A DNA stretch of 47,383 nucleotides, from IMG/VR virus record IMGVR_UViG_3300006872_000012, positions 1 through 47,383 of that record. One strand, written 5' to 3'. Shown here one piece after another: positions 27,200 to 35,482 of this stretch; within the stretch, counting starts at the first letter, position 1, and every line of letters starts with the position of its first letter. Position numbers and translations under genes: made by a program. Origin of the DNA: a virus. Its lineage: Duplodnaviria > Caudoviricetes. The notes beneath the pieces are model-generated. The model ran no database searches. It was given only the letters and a program-made list of their open reading frames with translations, and had not been told where the DNA came from.

Positions 27200-28684
27200 C
27201 TACGCCGCTTGCTGGGACGCGGCGCCAGCGCCCGGCGGCGGCGCACGCCCCATGCCCGACACAAGCCCCATCGGCTCGCCCTCGGCGGCGGTCTCCTCGA
27301 TCTCCGCCTGCACGTCGAGCGCCTCGGAGTAGAAGCGCCGCCGCTTCGACTCGCGCAGGTACGTCGCCTGCGTGATCTGGCGCGCTTGGCGCGCGCGCAG
27401 CAGCGAGTCGTGCTCGATGGCGGCGCCGCCGAAGTCGACGAAGTCGCTGTGGATGTCCGCCTGGACGTCGTCCGGCAGATCGACGTTCTGGAACCACGCG
27501 GCGATGCGCAGAGCGGCGTTGATCGCCACTTCCTCGTCCGCGATCCACATCTGGATCAGCGTGCGCGTCTTGTTGCCCTGGCTCTTTACGCCGGTCGCGG
27601 TCGCATCGGAGACCAGCTCCGTGAAGGGCTGCTGGCCCAGCGTCACCATGCGCTGTTCAATCCTCTCGAGGTCCTTCTCTCCGGACTCGACCGCCTTCCC
27701 CGAGTGCTCGATCATGGTCGCGCTCGCGACCTCGCTGGTCGAGCGCACGATGCGCATGAAGGCGATCGTGTCGTCCTTCATTTCCTCGGGGTTCAGTCCA
27801 GCGAGGAGGACCATCGCGGCCGCACGCGCGAAGTTGAGGATGCGGGCCTGGTCGCTGCCCGACTGCCAGTGGCGGATGTTCAGGCACGCGAGGTCTTCCA
27901 GCGGCGGCAGCGCCGTCATGAAGCCGGTCCGCTTCGTGTACCAGGTCACGAGCGGGACGCCCGGATAGCGATGCGTCCCGTGGGTGTGGCGGATCCAGTC
28001 CTTGCCGCGCTCCGCGCCCTCGCGGTAGCGCTCCCAGGTCCCGGGCGCGCCGCCGCTCGCGGGCGCGTTGAGCACGAGGATCTGCTCGATCGTCTTCGTG
28101 CCCCACGGACCGTCGTCGACCTCGACGAACTCGCGGATGCGCACCTGCGTGAGTTCGTGCGCGCCATCGGCGTTGGTCTTCGATCGCCAGCCGATCACGT
28201 CCTTCGCGCTGCGCGGGATGATCGACGGCCGCGACGTCCCGGCGACCTGGTCCTTCACCGTCGGGCGCGGGCCATCCTCGGCGATCTCGGGCATGTCGAC
28301 CTGGAAGTGCGTGAGCCCGTATTTGCACGCGTCCTCGAAGCTCCAGCGCGCGCTCGCATGGAGCGACTGCCCCGCGCGATCGGCATTCGCCTCGAGCGCA
28401 GCGAGCGTCTCGGGCAGCTCCCCGCCGAGGCTCAGCGGCTCGGAGAACGGCTTCGCCGTGAGTTGCGACACGGTGTCGGCGAACGCGTTGTAGAGCACCG
28501 AGATCTCGACGCGCTTCCGGTACTGGTCCGGTTCCTCGTGTGCAAAGCGAGGGAGCCACTTCTCGCTCTGGCGCGCGACCTCCTGCATGCGCAGCGTCCC
28601 GCCCATGAGGTCGTCGACCATGTCCCAGTGACGGGCCATCTCGAGGTAGGCGGCGCAGGGGTCGTTGACGCGGGGGGCGGACAC
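27200..28684 (-). CDS. Portal protein (DUF4055-type)
   Basis: DLMGGT, WLP..E..Y..R..LYN, PPLEDLA.LNI.HWQ..SDQ. Confidence 0.88.
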   Translation of the reverse strand: MSAPRVNDPCAAYLEMARHWDMVDDLMGGTLRMQEVARQSEKWLPRFAHEEPDQYRKRVEISVLYNAFADTVSQLTAKPFSEPLSLGGELPETLAALEANADRAGQSLHASARWSFEDACKYGLTHFQVDMPEIAEDGPRPTVKDQVAGTSRPSIIPRSAKDVIGWRSKTNADGAHELTQVRIREFVEVDDGPWGTKTIEQILVLNAPASGGAPGTWERYREGAERGKDWIRHTHGTHRYPGVPLVTWYTKRTGFMTALPPLEDLACLNIRHWQSGSDQARILNFARAAAMVLLAGLNPEEMKDDTIAFMRIVRSTSEVASATMIEHSGKAVESGEKDLERIEQRMVTLGQQPFTELVSDATATGVKSQGNKTRTLIQMWIADEEVAINAALRIAAWFQNVDLPDDVQADIHSDFVDFGGAAIEHDSLLRARQARQITQATYLRESKRRRFYSEALDVQAEIEETAAEGEPMGLVSGMGRAPPPGAGAASQQAA

Positions 28685-28694
28685 GGCGCGCGCC

Positions 28695-30602
28695 TCACTC
28701 GCCGAGCAGCAGGTGCGAAGTCAGGTTCGCCATCGTCGTCCCGGACACCTTGGCGGTGTACCCGCTCGACGCGAGATCGCCGAAGCCGTCCGGGAAGTAC
28801 CGCGCGTTCGTCGTGGTGATGGTCGGAGCCGCGGTCCCGAAGCTCACGCCGACCGTGCCGTCCGAGATCGGCAATCCCGCGGCGAAGCTCGTTCCCCAAG
28901 ACTTGAAGACCAGTCCGTTGAACGCGAGGCCCTCGCAGTCGGAGAGGGCCGCCGTCTTGTCCGGCAGCGTGCCGGTGGGCAGGCGAATCGGCGCGACCGT
29001 GCCGTTGTTGCCGGTGCCCTTCTGGATCGTCACGCCGTCGAGGAGCACGCCGCGGACGGTCGACGTGTCGATCGAGATGCCCCACATGTGCCGGATGTCC
29101 GTGATCGCGAGCCCGCGCACGTCGACATCGGCGGCGTGGTCGATCCAGAGCCCCGTCGCCTCGAAGCCGGTCTTTCCGGTCATCGCCTCGTCGCCCGAGC
29201 CCGTCTCGTTCACGAGGGCGGGACCGAGGGTGGTGTCGACGACGATCGTGTTCGACGTCGCGCTCACGACCTTGTGGTGGCCGTTGTTCGCCGCGTTCGC
29301 GAAGTTCGCGCAGTTCACCCAGTCGCCCGCGGCGGGGGTGACGCCCCAGGAGCCCGCCGCGCGCTGGTAGGTGTTCGCACCGGTGACGTTGATCTGCGTC
29401 GCGGACGTGAGGGTCCCCTTGAGCGTCGCGAAGTAGATCTGGGCGGTGGCCTGGTCGCGGCCGAGGTTGTGGATCTGGCCGCCGTTGATGCGGACGCGAG
29501 CGGTGTCGCGCGCGCCGCTGTTCGTGATCTTGATGGCGGCGTCGCCGAGCTTGTAGATGCCGCCGTTGCCGATCCCCATGAAGAAGTTGTCGACGTCGAT
29601 CCACCCGCCGGCGCCTTCCAGCAGCAGCCCGGCCTGGGTGGCGCAGAGCTCGATGACGGGCGAGTCGATGATCGAATGGCCGTCCTCGGAGCCGATCGCG
29701 CCGGTTCCGGTGAAGCGGATCATCGCCTTCGGCCGCACGCCAGGCGTGAAGCCGGCCGTGACCCCGGTCCCGACATCCTCGGTCGACTGATCGCCGACGC
29801 CGAACGCGTGGAAGTCGCGCAGCGTGCACCACTGCGTGTCGATCGCGTCGAAGCCCAGGTAGCCCTGGCGGCCCGTGAAGACGTCGCTCACGTACTTCGG
29901 GGCGCCGTAGGTGTAGTGGAAGCTCTGGTGGAGGTTGTTCAGGCCGAGCTGTTGGCGCACGCCGACGACGCCGGTGGCGGGGTAGACGTGGAGGTTGCGC
30001 GAGCTGCATTCCCACGTCCCGGAGAACAGCACGCCGATCATCGGGTTGCTGGTCGTCCCACCGGTCGCGAGGTAGTCGATCTGGACATCCTCGACCGCGC
30101 AGCGCCGCGTGCCATCGACGCGAATCGCGACCTGGTCGTTGACCCAGGTGTCGACGACGATGCGACCAGCGCCCTGAATCGAGCTGTCGTTCGCGGAGAT
30201 CCAGGCGAAGCCGACGGGGCCAGCGTGCCGCACGTACCACGTCACGCCCGGCTGGAGCACGACGCGCAGCGGCTTCGGGCCGCTCATGTCGAGCTGCATG
30301 TCGCCGTAGTAGTCGCCCGCGAGCAGCTCGACGGTGCCGCCGAAGTTCGCCCGGAGCGCGGCGAGGACGGCGTTCAGGTCCGAGCCGGCTGTGTTCTTGT
30401 CGACGTTCACGTCGCCGACGCTGCCGATCGCCCCCGTGCCGACGCGAATCGGGCCCTTCACCGACTGGATGTTGACCGAGATCTGTCGCGTGCTCGGCTC
30501 CTGAACGGTGCAGCCGAAGCACGCCACCAGGAGCAGCGAAAGCAGCGTGGCGACGCGGAGCGCGCCGCACGGAGAAGCCGGGGAGTGTCGGGATGCCAGC
30601 AC
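28695..30602 (-). CDS. Large beta-rich (pectate-lyase-like beta-helix) protein with lipobox
   Basis: LLSLLLVACFGC signal; GGTVELLAGDYY beta-helix cap; Gly/Asn/Thr-rich strands. Confidence 0.65.
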   Translation of the reverse strand: MLASRHSPASPCGALRVATLLSLLLVACFGCTVQEPSTRQISVNIQSVKGPIRVGTGAIGSVGDVNVDKNTAGSDLNAVLAALRANFGGTVELLAGDYYGDMQLDMSGPKPLRVVLQPGVTWYVRHAGPVGFAWISANDSSIQGAGRIVVDTWVNDQVAIRVDGTRRCAVEDVQIDYLATGGTTSNPMIGVLFSGTWECSSRNLHVYPATGVVGVRQQLGLNNLHQSFHYTYGAPKYVSDVFTGRQGYLGFDAIDTQWCTLRDFHAFGVGDQSTEDVGTGVTAGFTPGVRPKAMIRFTGTGAIGSEDGHSIIDSPVIELCATQAGLLLEGAGGWIDVDNFFMGIGNGGIYKLGDAAIKITNSGARDTARVRINGGQIHNLGRDQATAQIYFATLKGTLTSATQINVTGANTYQRAAGSWGVTPAAGDWVNCANFANAANNGHHKVVSATSNTIVVDTTLGPALVNETGSGDEAMTGKTGFEATGLWIDHAADVDVRGLAITDIRHMWGISIDTSTVRGVLLDGVTIQKGTGNNGTVAPIRLPTGTLPDKTAALSDCEGLAFNGLVFKSWGTSFAAGLPISDGTVGVSFGTAAPTITTTNARYFPDGFGDLASSGYTAKVSGTTMANLTSHLLLGE

Positions 30603-30678
30603 GGAGAGTCTCCAGGGGAGGCGGGCCTTGGATCTCGGCGGCTGGCGTTGCCGATTGGCCCGGACCTTAGGGGCGCTC

Positions 30679-32148
30679 TCAGACCTTTGTCGAGAGGATG
30701 GTGGCGCCGTACGTGGGCGGATGCACCTCGTGGAGGTAGTAGGCGAGGGCGTCGCTGAGATGCGTCAGCCCCTCATTCGGACCGTTCTTGGTCTTGTCGA
30801 TCTCGAACGACGTGCCCTCCTTCAACACGACGTTGGCGAGGTCCTTCACCGTCCTCGGCGCCCGCTTTGGATCGATGAGCAGGTGGATCGACCCGTCGGC
30901 CTTCCTCAGGCGCCAGTTGACCGCGTTGATTCGGTCCTTGTGGCCCGGGTCGCTGCGGGGCACGCGGCTGTAGTACTCGCGGAACGCCGGCTCGAGGTGC
31001 GCTCGGATGATCGTCCAGTCCGTGCTCCGCGAGCTCGTGTGCCGAGAGCCGCCGGCGGGATCGCCGTAGGCACGCACCAGGCCCTGGTGGTGGCCGAGGC
31101 GTCCGCCAGGCCCCCAATCCGCGATGATCTGCTTGCAGACGCTCTCCGTGCGCGAGTCGCGCGGGATGTGGACCTCGCCGATGATGGCCGTGATGCGCGG
31201 GGCCACGCGATCGCGGGTGCCGCGATGCACCTGCTCCTGCAGGTAGACCGCGACGCCAGGCTCGACGTTGAAGTCGAACGCGACCTCGAGGGGCAGCGTA
31301 GGGTCATACGCCAGCGGCGCGCAGTGGATCGCCTCGTCGAAGTCGTGATAGGCCTTGCCCGTCAGCGTCACGAACTCGGCGTCGTACTCCTGCTCGTACG
31401 ACCGCGCGTCCATGCTCGCGCGCGCATCGGCGATCTCCAGCGCGCTCAGGACGTCGGACGACTTCCAGTGGAAGTAGGCCCAGTTCGGATGCTCCGGGTC
31501 CTTGCCGTAGTCCTCGACCAAGTCGAAGAAGTGGTTGCGCCCCTCGGGACGCCCGATGAACAGGGCGCGGCCGGGCCGGCCCGCGGTCGACAGCATGGGG
31601 CGGATGCTCGAGGGCCACGCGCGGGGCTTCATGCGCGCGAACTCGTCCAGCAGGACGAAGTCCGCCGGGATGCCCTCCACGCCGGCGGCATGGTCGAGGC
31701 CGAACACGGTGATGCGCGGGCCGTGCCGAAAGTGGAGCGTGTGCGTGGACTCGGAGATCCCGCCATCGCGCCGGCTCGCATCGAGCGCCCAGCGAGGGGT
31801 CAGGGCCTTTAGGTCCTCCCAGTAGATCGCCAGCGCCTGCTTCAGGTACGGCGCGCAGACCAGAATGCGCGGGTCCGGGATGTGCCAGGTGCGCACGCCT
31901 TCTCGGATGACGATGCGCTTCGCGACTTCGGTCTTGCCGCTGCGGCGGCCGGCCGCGGCGATGCGGTAGCGGGCGGGTGACCGGATCAGGGCCACCTGCG
32001 CCGGATGGGGGACCAGCGGGTACCAGCGCGGCGTGAGCAGCCGGTGAATGCCGGGCTTCGGCCGGCGGTCCCAGTAGCTGTCGATGCGGTAGGCACCCGC
32101 GTCGATTTGCGCGCGCTGAGCGTGGGTCAGCCGGAATGCGGCGCCCAT
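30679..32148 (-). CDS. terL: Terminase large subunit
   Basis: Walker A AGRRSGKT, Walker B VLLDE, nuclease motifs AFDFN and HLSDALAY. Confidence 0.95.
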   Translation of the reverse strand: MGAAFRLTHAQRAQIDAGAYRIDSYWDRRPKPGIHRLLTPRWYPLVPHPAQVALIRSPARYRIAAAGRRSGKTEVAKRIVIREGVRTWHIPDPRILVCAPYLKQALAIYWEDLKALTPRWALDASRRDGGISESTHTLHFRHGPRITVFGLDHAAGVEGIPADFVLLDEFARMKPRAWPSSIRPMLSTAGRPGRALFIGRPEGRNHFFDLVEDYGKDPEHPNWAYFHWKSSDVLSALEIADARASMDARSYEQEYDAEFVTLTGKAYHDFDEAIHCAPLAYDPTLPLEVAFDFNVEPGVAVYLQEQVHRGTRDRVAPRITAIIGEVHIPRDSRTESVCKQIIADWGPGGRLGHHQGLVRAYGDPAGGSRHTSSRSTDWTIIRAHLEPAFREYYSRVPRSDPGHKDRINAVNWRLRKADGSIHLLIDPKRAPRTVKDLANVVLKEGTSFEIDKTKNGPNEGLTHLSDALAYYLHEVHPPTYGATILSTKV

Positions 32149-32832
32149 CTACTCGGCTCCGTCCGGGGCAGGGTCTTCGGACGTCGCGCTCGCGTCCGGA
32201 GCCGGCGGCGCCGAGAGTTCCTCGGCGGAGGCGGCGGCGGCATCGATGGCCCTTCCCGCTTCGATGACCTGTTGCACGAACACGTGCGGGCTCTTCGCGC
32301 CCTCGGTCTCGACGACGTCCGGTTCGAGCAGCCGGATTCCCTTCCCGAGCCGCAGCAGGAGGTCCGCTTCCACGCGGAGCGCCCGCACCGCGAGCGGGCT
32401 GTCGAACCGGTACGCGAGGCGCTTGGTGCGAAGCGACCCGCTGCGCGCCGTGCCGCGGATCTCGACCTCGGCGATGGGCGGCTCGCCGTTGGGGTTCTGG
32501 TAGTGCTGGAGGAGCCCGGCGATGGCGGCGCGGCGGATCGCGCGGAGGTCGTTCAGGACGTCCGTGAGCTGATCGAGGACCCGCTCAGCGATCGGGCCTG
32601 CCGTGCGCTCGACCACCTCCCGGCGCAGCGCCTCGGTGTACTCGGCGCGGCGCTCCTGGAGCTTCTCGCGACGGAGGTGAGCGAACACCGTCGTCCGCGC
32701 GAGGCCGTAGATCCGGCAGATATCGTCGCGGCCAAGCTCGCCGATCAGCCAGCGGGCCTCGATCTCGCGCCATGGCGGCTTGGGTCGCTTCGGCTCCGGC
32801 GGAAGCTGTGGTCCGTGGGTCTCGGCGGTCAT
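32149..32832 (-). CDS. terS: Terminase small subunit
   Basis: N-terminal HTH (WREIEARWLIG..DICRIYGLARTT); adjacent to terL; alternative GTG start at 32862. Confidence 0.65.
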   Translation of the reverse strand: MTAETHGPQLPPEPKRPKPPWREIEARWLIGELGRDDICRIYGLARTTVFAHLRREKLQERRAEYTEALRREVVERTAGPIAERVLDQLTDVLNDLRAIRRAAIAGLLQHYQNPNGEPPIAEVEIRGTARSGSLRTKRLAYRFDSPLAVRALRVEADLLLRLGKGIRLLEPDVVETEGAKSPHVFVQQVIEAGRAIDAAAASAEELSAPPAPDASATSEDPAPDGAE

Positions 32833-32858
32833 GGCGGTGCGCCGGCGGCGCGCGGGCC

Positions 32859-33461
32859 TCACCCCGCCCGCGGGAGTTCCTTCAGTTCACGGCGCAGCCG
32901 TCGGAGGGCGGCGCGGACGCGCATGTACGTGCATTGCTCGCGCGCGCCGATCAACAAGGCGATCTCCCGAACCAGCAGGCCATTCATGAAGCGAAGCTCC
33001 AGCAGCACCTGATCGTGCTCCGAAAGGCGCGCGATCCCGCTGCGCACCCACGCAACCAGATCCCGTTCCGCGGCCTGCTCAAGCGGCGATTCCGTCGGCG
33101 CCGCGACCATGGTTTCAAGCAGCGTTGCTCCGCTCAGAAGCTCTCGGTCGCCGAGGGTCTCGATCCCGCGTCCCCACTTCGCTCCTCGGCGCGATGCGAC
33201 CCGCGCCTCGCGTTGAGCGCCCCAGGCTGCGGCGGCCCACAGCCACCCACGACGACGCCCGTCCCAGCGCCGGAACCCAGCCAGCATGCGCACGAGAGCG
33301 GACTGCCGCAGGTCCTCGACGTCCACGGCGGGGTCCTTGCAGCGCGTGCGCCTCGCGGTCGCGGACGCGATGCCGAGGTGTCTGTGCGTGAGTCCGGGCC
33401 ACCGCTCCGGATCGACCTCGGCGTTGAGCTTCGTCTTGCGCTTCTTGGCTGTCGCCGTCAC
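32859..33461 (-). CDS. Phage-encoded sigma-70 family factor
   Basis: Region 2 DVEDLRQSALVRML..RWD; region 4 LSEHDQVLLELRF..GL..REIALLIG..RAALRRLR. Confidence 0.8.
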   Translation of the reverse strand: MTATAKKRKTKLNAEVDPERWPGLTHRHLGIASATARRTRCKDPAVDVEDLRQSALVRMLAGFRRWDGRRRGWLWAAAAWGAQREARVASRRGAKWGRGIETLGDRELLSGATLLETMVAAPTESPLEQAAERDLVAWVRSGIARLSEHDQVLLELRFMNGLLVREIALLIGAREQCTYMRVRAALRRLRRELKELPRAG

Positions 33462-33462
33462 G

Positions 33463-33660
33463 TCAGTTCACTCCGGGCGACGGCGCGCCGGTCGGGCTCG
33501 CCAAGAACTCGACCTCGACGCCGTTCTGCAGAGCCGCCGCGGCCGCCGCGCGGCATGCGGCGTGTGCCGCATGGAACTGCGCCAGCGCCACGGCGCAGGC
33601 GGTGGCGTCGTCTTGGGCGCCGAGCTTGGCCCCACAAGGACAGGTCGCACGGAGGATCAC
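33463..33660 (-). CDS. Small hypothetical protein (CPCG motif)
   Basis: GTGA-coupled with GGAGG SD. Confidence 0.55.
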   Translation of the reverse strand: MILRATCPCGAKLGAQDDATACAVALAQFHAAHAACRAAAAAALQNGVEVEFLASPTGAPSPGVN

Positions 33661-33950
33661 CCTCCCTCCAGCGCGGCGCACCACGCCTCGACGCGCCGGC
33701 GGAAGGTGTCGCCGCTCTCGTCCGGGTCCGCAAGCTGACCGTTCGGCCAGTCCCCCGCCCCCTTCGACCATGTCCACGTCACGCCGTTGATCGTCTTCTG
33801 TGCCTGAGTCATCTTCGGAAGTCCTTTCATGTCCTGCTCAACTTGTCCGATCCTCCGCAGTGCGCGGTCCAACCGCCACTGCTGCGAGATCGTGATGGCG
33901 CCCAGCAAGAAGAGGCACCCCACCAGCACCCAGGAGAGCAGACGCGTCAC
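33657..33950 (-). CDS. N-terminal TM protein (spanin/holin-like candidate)
   Basis: LLSWVLVGCLFLLGAITIS followed by a short coiled coil. Confidence 0.55.
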   Translation of the reverse strand: MTRLLSWVLVGCLFLLGAITISQQWRLDRALRRIGQVEQDMKGLPKMTQAQKTINGVTWTWSKGAGDWPNGQLADPDESGDTFRRRVEAWCAALEGG

Positions 33951-34282
33951 TTGCCCTGCGCGTGCGCGCTCGCGATCTTCAGGGCGACGACCTCGTTGCG
34001 CAATTGATTCACATCGCCGCGGATCTCGGAGATGTCCTCGGCGATGGCGTCGATCTTGGTGGTGAGAGCCCCGGACTCGCGCGCGCTGCTGATGATGAGC
34101 GCGAGCGAGCCTCCGAGCACGCCAACCACCAGCGTAACGACCGCGAGGATGAGCCCGAGGCTCAGCGACGACTTCTCCGAGATGGCACCCACGCAGACCT
34201 CCCTCATCCGTGCGAACCGACCCGCGGGCTGCCCGGCCATCGGAACGCTCCGCGCCTCGAGCACTCCGTTGGCGGCGATCAT
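33947..34282 (-). CDS. Single-TM coiled-coil protein (holin-like candidate)
   Basis: LGLILAVVTLVVGVLGGSLALII then heptads KIDAIAEDISEIRGDVNQLRNEV. Confidence 0.6.
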   Translation of the reverse strand: MIAANGVLEARSVPMAGQPAGRFARMREVCVGAISEKSSLSLGLILAVVTLVVGVLGGSLALIISSARESGALTTKIDAIAEDISEIRGDVNQLRNEVVALKIASAHAQGK

Positions 34283-35154
34283 GCGAACATCCTCGACTTC
34301 CAGACTCGCTCGCCGCCGGGCGTCATGAACGTGAAGCCCGGAGTCTGATCGCGGAGCTGCGCAGGACCCGCCTGGAAGCCGGCGCCCCAGGCCGCGGTCG
34401 GCGCGCGGCGGTGCACGTCGAAGAACTTCTCCGAGAACGCGCCGTTGCGATCGCCGTCGTAGGCGACCTGTTTCTCGGCGCAGGCCGCGGCGGCGGCGAC
34501 GTTCGGCTGCGGGCCGCTCCGGATCATCTCCGATCGGCTCACTCGGCGGGCACGCGCGCCGGCGAAGAGCTCCGCGTAGCGATCCGAGGCCCAGCGCAGG
34601 ATGTCGTGGGGGAGTGCCTTCGGCCGGCGGTGTCCGGAATTGGATGCGAAGACAGTGTCGCGGGTCATGCCGAGCGAATGGCAGGCGTCCATCGCGATGA
34701 GCACGTCGGAGAGCGGCGGAAACGCGAGCAGGTCCTGCTGTAGATCCCACTCGGGGAGGGGCCCGCGTGGGAGCACGAGGAACTCCGAACTCGGCTCGCC
34801 CGGGTCACCCGGGAAGTCCGTGCCGCCGTGGCCGCTGAACCAGATGACCACGCGATCGCCGGCGTGCGTGCGCGCGGCGAGCTGCCGAAGCGCCTGCCGG
34901 AACTCCTGCGGGCCGATGGCGAGGCCCGTGAGCAGCGTGCGGTCCCGCGCAGTGGCGCAGGCGGCGATGGCGTCGCGGGCGTCATTCTCGCAGCCCCGAA
35001 GGGCTCCATCGCTGCCGCCCCAGAACTCCGGCACGATGTGGTTGAAGCCGGCGGCGAGGACGCGCAGCTCTCCGCCGGCGGGCGCGGGCGCGGCCTCGAG
35101 GGCGAGGTTTTCGCGGCGCGAGAAGAGGCCGAGGGGATCCCACCAAGGGCTCAT
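34279..35154 (-). CDS. Caspase-family (peptidase C14, metacaspase-like) protease
   Basis: LRGCENDA, VVIWFSGHG (His), IAMDACHS (Cys), AAC.EKQ.AYD..NGAFS. Confidence 0.92.
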   Translation of the reverse strand: MSPWWDPLGLFSRRENLALEAAPAPAGGELRVLAAGFNHIVPEFWGGSDGALRGCENDARDAIAACATARDRTLLTGLAIGPQEFRQALRQLAARTHAGDRVVIWFSGHGGTDFPGDPGEPSSEFLVLPRGPLPEWDLQQDLLAFPPLSDVLIAMDACHSLGMTRDTVFASNSGHRRPKALPHDILRWASDRYAELFAGARARRVSRSEMIRSGPQPNVAAAAACAEKQVAYDGDRNGAFSEKFFDVHRRAPTAAWGAGFQAGPAQLRDQTPGFTFMTPGGERVWKSRMFA

Positions 35155-35309
35155 CGTTGCGCTCCAGAAAGCGAGCCCGCCCCGGCGGCACCCAACGGAC
35201 CGAGGTCGAATTGGACCGGAGCGAGCTCTGCGGTTCGTTCGTCGCCGCCGCAGTCGACGCAGCCGCGGTTGCCGTCCCGCGCGCCGCAGGTGGCGCAGCG
35301 GAAGCTCAT
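35151..35309 (-). CDS. 52-aa Zn-finger-like protein (not in the ORF track)
   Basis: MSFRCATCG...GCVDCGG; ATGA overlaps at both ends. Confidence 0.65.
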   Translation of the reverse strand: MSFRCATCGARDGNRGCVDCGGDERTAELAPVQFDLGPLGAAGAGSLSGAQR

Positions 35310-35482
35310 CGCAACGCCTGCCGCACGGCGTCGATGGAGATGAGCGCGTCGACCCAGCCCGTGATTCCGCGCTCCGCGTAGAGCAGAGCTCGCGTGCGGA
35401 GGCTCTCGATCTCGCGGCGAGCGGTCGCGATGTCGCGCGCCGTGGGCGCCCTGCGCTTGGGCTTGGCAGCGGGGCGCTTCAC
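35306..35482 (-). CDS. Small basic hypothetical protein
   Basis: GTGA and ATGA coupling with neighbours. Confidence 0.55.
   Translation of the reverse strand: MKRPAAKPKRRAPTARDIATARREIESLRTRALLYAERGITGWVDALISIDAVRQALR

Noticed and set aside
25916-30758. Long plus-strand ORFs (967 and 697 aa) and similar ones elsewhere
   Set aside because: Antisense shadows of real genes in high-GC DNA; Arg/Gly/Ala-rich with no motifs
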